A DNA stretch of 44,933 nucleotides, taken from the IMG/VR virus record IMGVR_UViG_2541047866_000012; one strand, written 5' to 3'. The translations under genes and the position numbers were made by a program. The number at the start of each line of letters is the position of its first letter. Position 1 is the first letter of the stretch. Below are positions 38,699 through 44,933 of the stretch, one piece after another. Source of the stretch: a virus. Its lineage: Duplodnaviria; Heunggongvirae; Uroviricota; Caudoviricetes. Under the pieces are notes generated by a model, which searched no databases, was not told the DNA's origin, and saw only the letters and a list, made by a program, of their open reading frames with translations.

Positions 38699-41071
38699 AT
38701 GGCAGTACAGATTTCAGGTGTGCTGAAAGATGGTGCGGGAAAACCAATACAGAACTGCACTATTCAACTGAAGGCAAAGCGTAACAGCACCACGGTACTG
38801 GTGAACACGGTGGCCTCTGAAAATCCGGATGAAGCCGGGCGTTACAGCATGGATGTTGAGTATGGCCAGTACAGCGTCATCCTGCTGGTTGAAGGTTTTC
38901 CGCCTTCACATGCCGGGACCATTACCGTCTATGAAGGCTCCAGACCAGGTACGCTGAATGATTTTCTCGGTGCCATGACGGAAGATGATGTCATGCCGGA
39001 GGCATTGCGTCGTTTTGAGGAAATGGTGGAAGAAGCGGCACGCAACGCTGAAGCCGCCTCTCAGAGCGCAGCGGCGGCAAAGAAATCCGAAACTGCAGCG
39101 GCATCATCGAAGAACGCGGCGAAAACCTCAGAAACGAATGCAGCTAATAGTGCACAGGCGGCAGCGACCTCACAGACTGCATCAGCAAACTCCGCGACAG
39201 CAGCCAAAAAATCAGAAACCAACGCGAAAAATAGCGAGACAGCCGCAAAGACGAGCGAAACCAACGCAAAGTCCAGCCAGACGGCAGCGAAGACCAGCGA
39301 AACGAATGCTAAAGCCAGTGAAACTGCGGCAAAAAACAGCCAGGTTGCAGCAGCCCAAAGCGAGAGCGCGGCAGCCGGTTCTGCGACTTCAGCAGCTGGA
39401 TCAGCAACTGCTGCGGCTAACAGCCAGAAAGCTGCGAAGACGAGTGAAACTAACGCAAAGTCCAGCCAGACGGCAGCGAAGACCAGCGAAACGAATGCCA
39501 AAGCCAGTGAAACTGCGGCGAAAAGCAGTCAGGATGCAGCGGCCCAAAGCGAGAGTGCCGCAGCCAGTTCTGCAAGTGAGGCGGCGGCTTCTGCTACTGC
39601 ATCAGCCAACAGTCAAAAAGCTGCAAAAACCAGTGAAACCAACGCAAAGGCGAGCGAGACTACGGCGGCCAACTCGGCGAAAGCATCCGCTGCAAGCCAG
39701 ACCGCTGCAAAAGCAAGTGAAGACGCAGCCAGAGAGTATGCAAGCCAGGCAGCAGATCCGTATAAATATGTCTTACAGCCGCTACCTGATGTGTGGATAC
39801 CGTTTAACGATTCACTGGATATGATTACGGGCTTTTCGCCATCATATAAAAAGATTGTTATTGGTGACGACGAAATAACGATGCCTGGCGACAAGATTGT
39901 TAAGTTTAAACGTGCATCGAAAGCAACCTATATTAACAAATCTGGTGTGCTGACAGAGGCTGCCATTGATGAGCCTCGATTTGAACGTGATGGCCTGCTT
40001 ATTGAGGGGCAAAGAACGAACTACATGCTCAATTCGGAAAACCCTGCCAGTTGGGGGCGATCGTCAAATATGGATGTTCCCGAAACCGGGACGGATAGTT
40101 TTGGTTTTACCTATGGAAAGTTTGTCTGTAACGATTCTCTGATTGGGCAAACCTCAGCCATTAATATGGCATCAATTGCTGCAACAAAGTCAGTTGATGT
40201 CTCAGGCGATAATAAATACGTGACAACCTCATGTCGTTTTAAAACAGAACTGCAGGTAAGGTTGCGTATCCGATTTGATAAATATGACGGTAGCGCAACA
40301 ACTTTTCTTGGTGATGCGTATATTGATACACAAACGCTTGAAATTAATATGACAGGCGGCGCTGCCTCAAGGATTACAGCGAGAGTCAGAAAGGACGAAG
40401 CTACCGGATGGATTTTTGCAGAGGCAACAATTCAGGCAATTGATGGGGAGTTAAAAATAGGTTCTCAGATACAGTATTCTCCTAAGCAGGGCGGGGCAAC
40501 CGTATCTGGTGACTATATTTATCTGGCCACCCCACAAGTAGAAAATGGGCCTTGTGTATCATCTTTTATTATATCAGGAACGACGGCGGCGACCCGCGCA
40601 AGCGATATAGTTACAGTTCCCATTAAGAATAATCTTTATAATCTTCCTTTTACGGTTCTTTGTGAGGTACATAAGAACTGGTATAAAACGCCAAATGCAG
40701 CGCCGCGTGTTTTTGACACCGGCGGTCATCAAACCGGAGCGGCTATTATTCTTGGCTTCGGTTCTTCAGCAGATTACGACGGATTTCCTTATTGCGATAT
40801 TGGAGGAGCTAACAGACGGGTAAACGAAAACGCATTGCTTGAAAAAATGGTTATGGGGATGCGTGTAAAGTCAGATCAGTCTACGTGCTCAGTAAGTAAC
40901 GGGCGTATATCCAGCGAAACAAAAACCACATGGTCCTGTATTCAGAACACCGCAATTATCCGTATTGGAGGCCAGACTACAGCCGGGTTACGTCATTTAT
41001 TTGGTCATGTCAGGAATTTCAGAATATGGCACAAGGCATTGACTGATGCTCAGGTGGGGGAGTCAATCTAA
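38699..41071 (+). CDS. stf: Side tail fibre: lambda Stf-like N-terminus, KTSETNAK-type repeat shaft, replaced C-terminal LamG/ConA-like domain
   Basis: ATG 38699 with GGAG RBS; N-terminus MAVQISGVLKDGAGKPIQNCTIQLKAKRNSTTV matches lambda Stf; C-terminal about 430 aa unlike lambda Stf, ending ...LFGHVRNFRIWHKALTDAQV. Confidence 0.9.
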   Translation: MAVQISGVLKDGAGKPIQNCTIQLKAKRNSTTVLVNTVASENPDEAGRYSMDVEYGQYSVILLVEGFPPSHAGTITVYEGSRPGTLNDFLGAMTEDDVMPEALRRFEEMVEEAARNAEAASQSAAAAKKSETAAASSKNAAKTSETNAANSAQAAATSQTASANSATAAKKSETNAKNSETAAKTSETNAKSSQTAAKTSETNAKASETAAKNSQVAAAQSESAAAGSATSAAGSATAAANSQKAAKTSETNAKSSQTAAKTSETNAKASETAAKSSQDAAAQSESAAASSASEAAASATASANSQKAAKTSETNAKASETTAANSAKASAASQTAAKASEDAAREYASQAADPYKYVLQPLPDVWIPFNDSLDMITGFSPSYKKIVIGDDEITMPGDKIVKFKRASKATYINKSGVLTEAAIDEPRFERDGLLIEGQRTNYMLNSENPASWGRSSNMDVPETGTDSFGFTYGKFVCNDSLIGQTSAINMASIAATKSVDVSGDNKYVTTSCRFKTELQVRLRIRFDKYDGSATTFLGDAYIDTQTLEINMTGGAASRITARVRKDEATGWIFAEATIQAIDGELKIGSQIQYSPKQGGATVSGDYIYLATPQVENGPCVSSFIISGTTAATRASDIVTVPIKNNLYNLPFTVLCEVHKNWYKTPNAAPRVFDTGGHQTGAAIILGFGSSADYDGFPYCDIGGANRRVNENALLEKMVMGMRVKSDQSTCSVSNGRISSETKTTWSCIQNTAIIRIGGQTTAGLRHLFGHVRNFRIWHKALTDAQVGESI
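39251..39628 (+). repeat. In-frame 189-bp tandem duplication (about 90 percent identical) within stf shaft
   Basis: Copy 1 from 39251 and copy 2 from 39440 (ACGAG(C/T)GAAAC(C/T)AACGCAAAGTCCAGCCAGACGGCAGCGAAGACCAGCGAAACGAATGC...); further diverged KxSETNAK units upstream. Confidence 0.8.
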
Positions 41072-41352
41072 TGAAAGATTTAACACTCAAATTTGCCGAC
41101 AGGGCCGACTTTTCGGCCTTTATGGAGAGTATTGGCTATTATGATGACGAGTCGATGCAGGATGATATTCTTATTGACGTGATAGGTAACGTGTACAAAG
41201 AAAACGGAGAACTGAATGAAGATGGCGAACCGGTATGTGTTAAGGACGACGGATATTTTGTAAACGTGCGCATCATTAATGATGTGAAAACACCATCAAT
41301 ATTCGATGAATACGTGGTTGCTGTTGAGCATCAACTTCGTGGCTGGATGTGA
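41071..41352 (+). CDS. Hypothetical acidic small protein, translationally coupled to stf
   Basis: 93 aa; TAATG overlap with stf stop; no recognised motif. Confidence 0.6.
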   Translation: MKDLTLKFADRADFSAFMESIGYYDDESMQDDILIDVIGNVYKENGELNEDGEPVCVKDDGYFVNVRIINDVKTPSIFDEYVVAVEHQLRGWM

Positions 41353-41361
41353 GGAAGAAAA

Positions 41362-42402
41362 ATGGCTACATCGACAGTAATTCCTGATGACATCAAAACG
41401 CTAAAATCCGACGTTAGCAAATTAAAAAACGATCAAGGAAGCTACGCAACAAAATCATATGTAGACAGCAAAGATGAAACCGTTGGTGACTGGTCTGCTT
41501 CATGGTATCAGCAGGTATTGCCAACTAGCGGAGCTATATTTGGGAGAAAACTCCGCTCAACTCACAGGACGGCAGGTGTTGAGGATGCGTATTGCGAACT
41601 ATACCTCAAAAAATGGATAGACAGTCCAGGTAACGCAATGGCGCGCCTTAACCTGAACGATAACGGGACAAACATTTGCTGGGACTTTACCAACCTTTAT
41701 GGCGGTACGATGATTTTTCCCGGTGACAGCGGATACCTCAAAATGGGTAACTGCCTTATGTCATACAGCAAGCGTGGAAGTAACGCGCTTATTAAATTTG
41801 ATTACACCGACACATTACAGATCAAATATGCCAATCATGGGTCAACCATGACATTAAACACACAGGGAACCGCTCATTCTGGCGCTACTACTAGTTTGTG
41901 GGGTAACTCTACCCGTCCGGTTGTATATGAAGTTGGTGCTGATGGTGGCGCGTATATGTTCTATGCGCAGAAAAATACCGATAACACCTATATGTTAAGC
42001 GTTAATGGTGCATGTCATGCCACCGCATTTAACCAGCATTCCGACCGGGATCTGAAAGACAACATTCAGGTGATCGATAATGCAACCGACCGCATCCGTA
42101 AAATGAACGGCTATACATACACGCTTAAAGAAAACGGTATGCCCTATGCTGGTGTCATTGCACAGGAAGCACTGGAAGCAATCCCAGAAGTTGTAGGTTC
42201 CGCAATGAAATATCAGGACGGTGCAGGCGGATCGGAAGGTGAAGAAGGTGAACGTTATTACACAGTAGATTATTCTGGTGTTACTGGCTTGCTTGTTCAG
42301 GTAGCCAGAGAGTCAGACGACAGAATAACAGCACTGGAAGAAGAAAACGCAGAATTAAGACAAAGATTATCTGCAATTGAGGCGGCGCTTGCGTCTAAAT
42401 AA
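41362..42402 (+). CDS. Tail fibre / tailspike-like protein with C-terminal intramolecular chaperone (peptidase S74) domain
   Basis: 346 aa; C-terminal HSDRDLKDNIQVIDNATDRIRKMNGYTYTLKENG...AGVIAQEALEAIPEVV plus terminal coiled coil fits the self-cleaving chaperone signature. Confidence 0.8.
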   Translation: MATSTVIPDDIKTLKSDVSKLKNDQGSYATKSYVDSKDETVGDWSASWYQQVLPTSGAIFGRKLRSTHRTAGVEDAYCELYLKKWIDSPGNAMARLNLNDNGTNICWDFTNLYGGTMIFPGDSGYLKMGNCLMSYSKRGSNALIKFDYTDTLQIKYANHGSTMTLNTQGTAHSGATTSLWGNSTRPVVYEVGADGGAYMFYAQKNTDNTYMLSVNGACHATAFNQHSDRDLKDNIQVIDNATDRIRKMNGYTYTLKENGMPYAGVIAQEALEAIPEVVGSAMKYQDGAGGSEGEEGERYYTVDYSGVTGLLVQVARESDDRITALEEENAELRQRLSAIEAALASK

Positions 42403-42408
42403 TATTAA

Positions 42409-42428
42409 GGGGCCGAGCGCCCCGTTTT
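42409..42428 (+). terminator. Intrinsic terminator after S74 fibre gene
   Basis: Hairpin GGGGC-CGAGC-GCCCC followed by GTTTTATT. Confidence 0.65.
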
Positions 42429-42444
42429 ATTGGGTAGGATGAAA

Positions 42445-42738
42445 ATGGATATAACACCTTTCCTTCATGCGCTTTGTGCTGCGGCTGCGCAGCTATTGAT
42501 TGGTCTTTTTACCGGGAACTGGGCTTACGGGGCGATAGCCGGTTGTACGTTCTTCATTGCGCGCGAACATACCCAGGCAGAATATCGCTGGATTGAAATG
42601 TTCGGGCATGGCAAGCGTATGAATATGCCGTGGTGGGGCGGTTTTGATCCTCGTGCATGGGATGTGGCAAGCCTGATGGATTTTTCTGTGCCGGTGGTGG
42701 CGTGTCTGCTGGTCTGGCTGTTGGTTAATCGTGGGTGA
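42445..42738 (+). CDS. Hypothetical small membrane protein
   Basis: About 97 aa from ATG 42445 (AGGA RBS); hydrophobic N- and C-terminal segments. Confidence 0.5.
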   Translation: MDITPFLHALCAAAAQLLIGLFTGNWAYGAIAGCTFFIAREHTQAEYRWIEMFGHGKRMNMPWWGGFDPRAWDVASLMDFSVPVVACLLVWLLVNRG

Positions 42739-42748
42739 AAAAAGGTGA

Positions 42749-42876
42749 GCTGTATATGCAACGGAGGAAGAAACCTCGTTGCTGGAAGCCTGGAAGAAGT
42801 ATCGGGTGTTGCTGAATCGCGTTGATACATCAGTAGCACCGGATACTGAGTGGCCGGAAGAACCAGACACAATGTA
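42749..42876 (+). pseudogene. tfa: C-terminal remnant of tail fibre assembly gene (about 42 codons)
   Basis: Translates ...[39 protein letters not shown]-stop, the conserved Tfa C-terminus; in-frame TGA at 42746 and no start codon. Confidence 0.65.
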
Positions 42877-43041
42877 AGTGAAAAAGAAAAAACGCAGACA
42901 CGACGTATGCAGGACGTGCTGCGGTTGGCTGGTGAACTTTCGATAGTGCGAGTATTGAATGATTTCCAGCCGTTACTGATTTTACGCATTTCACGCGCAA
43001 GAGAAATTGAACTTTATCCCTCTGTCACCCCATGACGGGGA

Positions 43042-43800
43042 TTAACATTCTGGATTTTTTATTTCTAAATCAGATAAAGCATTAATTCTTATTTTTTCTA
43101 AGGCTTTATCCATGGCCCCCTTGATTCTGTATCCATAATCATCCGGTTCTTCATATTCCTGTGGGGACGGATTTGTACCAATATTCTCAATCAATTCATT
43201 TAAAATAACTGTTACTTCTTTATTAAGAAGAACTGCTTTAGTTAACATCATCTCTGTTAATGCTGTGAAGGCTAGGCTAAGTTTCTGTTGTAGCTCTTTA
43301 TTTTTTAATTTTAGATCTTCATCGTTTAGTGCTTTATCACGGTCTTCGTGAGCCTGTTGTACTTCATCCCAAAACTGCTTTTCTTGTTCTTGATTAAAAT
43401 ATCCTTGATAACTATTGGCTACATATGTTGGCATCATGTGAATCTCAATAATTTCAAATTCATTATCAGCCCATTTTTTTATACTAAGTAACTGTGTGTA
43501 AATGTACTCATACATATCGTACTTTTTTTGCCAGATTTGTTGAGAAATCCACAACTCAGAAGTAATCTTTTTTTCTATATCTTTGATAGTTGTTGTATTT
43601 AATGCTAACTGCTTTCTGAGTATTTCATAGTTAGCGTTGGTAGCAGAAATTTTTGCTTTTTCAGTTATAAAAGAAACAATAAAGTTCACTATGAGAGCTA
43701 CAATAATAATAGCGAAGCTCAACCCCAAAATCTCTGTGGTTGAGAAATTGGATGACTGTAATGCTTTGATAAGTTCAAAAAACTGTTTTTCTGTGAGCAT
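43042..43800 (-). CDS. AT-rich single-TM coiled-coil membrane protein, unknown function (cargo gene B)
   Basis: 252 aa; TAAGG RBS; TM helix about residues 24-45; Lys/Glu/Gln-rich coiled-coil-like remainder. Confidence 0.8.
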   Translation of the reverse strand: MLTEKQFFELIKALQSSNFSTTEILGLSFAIIIVALIVNFIVSFITEKAKISATNANYEILRKQLALNTTTIKDIEKKITSELWISQQIWQKKYDMYEYIYTQLLSIKKWADNEFEIIEIHMMPTYVANSYQGYFNQEQEKQFWDEVQQAHEDRDKALNDEDLKLKNKELQQKLSLAFTALTEMMLTKAVLLNKEVTVILNELIENIGTNPSPQEYEEPDDYGYRIKGAMDKALEKIRINALSDLEIKNPEC

Positions 43801-43872
43801 GGTGCCTTACCAAAAATTAAGACTGTTATCTATATAAAAATGTTACCCAAGAGGGATTGTAATGAAATAACA

Positions 43873-43892
43873 AACCGGCACATTGGCCGGTT
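43873..43892 (-). terminator. Hairpin between cargo genes A and B (possible attenuator)
   Basis: AACCGGC-ACATTG-GCCGGTT, followed on the minus strand by TTGTTATTTCATT. Confidence 0.45.
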
Positions 43893-43898
43893 TGAAGT

Positions 43899-44933
43899 TC
43901 AAGGAGGTGAGATTGTAGAGGCGTTACCTTGTTCTATCACACCAGACCTAATCTTGTAACTACCAAGGATGTTGACCGTTTTATTATTTTTCATCGCGTC
44001 AAAAATTAAGCCTATTTCATCAGGGTCATTGATAAAACTGGTATCAACATAGATCGGGAATGAATCATCACCTGTTGGCTCATGGCAGCTTAACGTTAGC
44101 TTATCGGCTGAGCGTTTTATACTATCAATGACAACTTCCAATGTTTGCTGCTCTGACTTAGCCTTTTCAATTGGGTTCTTGATGATTTCTTGAACCTGAC
44201 CTTGCGAAAGTTCAATATTGCTGGCCCCGCGGATCGTCACTTTGTCTGCATCAGATGCACCTTTAAGAACTCCAGTGTATGCCTTAGCGGTGTGCTCTTG
44301 GATACCTTCGGCGCGCTCTATCGTATCAATACCTTCATGTGCTTTTATTGCAGACAGCATACCATCGCGTAGAATTGTCATCCGCTCGGATTCTGCTCGC
44401 TGTTTTGCTTCTTCCTGTTGTAACTCAATAGTTTTGGTTTCGACTTGTGTCTGATGATCTAAGTAGGACGTACCGACCCATGCGCCGCCTAAAACTAAGA
44501 CAGCAAACAGGAAACACATTGTTTTCTGTCTTGGGCTCATACCTTGTGTTACCTTCTCAAATGCGTTACCAAAGGAATCAATAAGTTCTTTAACTGAGGT
44601 GATAATTTCTGTACAGCCAGGTTTGATAGTAAAAACCAACTCTGCAGCTTCTCTATCCTCAGCAGTGAGCTTCTGTAAGTTAGAGGTTTTGTACTTGATT
44701 AGAGTAAAAACCTTGTACATCTCAGTTTGAAATTCACAAATACCCTGTGCCAAACCTGCAGGCAGAGTACCATTATACTTATCTTCATCACCAAAAAATT
44801 TGAAATCAATACTTTCTAAGAAGTTTAACTTCAAATTTTCAATGTGGATTTCTTCGCCTGAAATAACTCGGTCGAAAATATTTCCTATATCATCAATATC
44901 ATTGATTTCATAGGTCTGAATTGCATCTTCCAT
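43899..44933 (-). CDS. AT-rich single-TM membrane protein, unknown function (cargo gene A)
   Basis: 344 aa; start ATG is the last three bases of the window; internal TM helix about residues 138-158 (TMCFLFAVLVLGGAWVGTSYL). Confidence 0.8.
   Translation of the reverse strand: MEDAIQTYEINDIDDIGNIFDRVISGEEIHIENLKLNFLESIDFKFFGDEDKYNGTLPAGLAQGICEFQTEMYKVFTLIKYKTSNLQKLTAEDREAAELVFTIKPGCTEIITSVKELIDSFGNAFEKVTQGMSPRQKTMCFLFAVLVLGGAWVGTSYLDHQTQVETKTIELQQEEAKQRAESERMTILRDGMLSAIKAHEGIDTIERAEGIQEHTAKAYTGVLKGASDADKVTIRGASNIELSQGQVQEIIKNPIEKAKSEQQTLEVVIDSIKRSADKLTLSCHEPTGDDSFPIYVDTSFINDPDEIGLIFDAMKNNKTVNILGSYKIRSGVIEQGNASTISPP

Larger units (their letters stand above)
150..44933. mobile_element. Lambdoid prophage; left host junction in window, right end beyond window edge
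   Basis: Contiguous integrase, cI/cro, replication, Q, lysis, cos, terminase, head and lambda-like tail genes; host-like prfC 5' fragment at 91-165 stops matching after codon 22. Confidence 0.9.

Noticed and set aside
39060-39700. Tandem repeat array considered as a CRISPR array
   Set aside because: Repeats are in-frame coding units inside stf with no unique spacers and no cas genes.
38985-39894. ORFs 38985-39824 (+), 39061-39501 (-) and 39613-39894 (-), highly repetitive Ala/Arg/Lys-rich translations
   Set aside because: Alternative-frame and antisense read-through of the stf tandem repeats; the sense Stf frame has the lambda-like N-terminus and proper start.

Overview
Almost the whole window is one lambdoid, cos-packaging prophage of an E. 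coli-like enterobacterium. Its left junction lies inside the 5' end of what I recognise from memory as host prfC (about nt 91-165); the right end runs past the window edge. Gene order: integrase, AT-rich 4-TM cargo gene, excisionase, leftward early operon (DUF551 proteins, HNH, HD hydrolase, YfdQ-like), cI / OR / cro, CII-like gene, replication initiator with internal iterons, nin-like block (PerC-like, Dam-type methyltransferase, LexA DNA-binding-domain protein, RusA, KilA-N, DUF968), antiterminator Q, convergent lipoprotein moron, second methyltransferase, holin / SAR endolysin / Rz / Rz1, cos, Nu1-like and GpA-like terminase, W, portal, fused ClpP-protease-capsid, FII/Z/U/V/G-GT/H/M/L/K/I/J tail genes (lambda-like by recall), then a rearranged tail-fibre module and an AT-rich two-gene membrane cassette. 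The best candidates for an undescribed system are the two AT-rich cargo loci with no recognisable enzymatic motifs: the two-gene membrane cassette at 43042-44933 and the 4-TM protein at 1976-2971. The replaced tail-fibre module (LamG-like stf C-terminus, S74-chaperone fibre, tfa remnant) and the 680-bp ORF-free leader left of cI are also worth a second look. All family assignments rest on motif recognition and recalled reference sequences; no database search or computation was run, and G+C statements are by-eye estimates.
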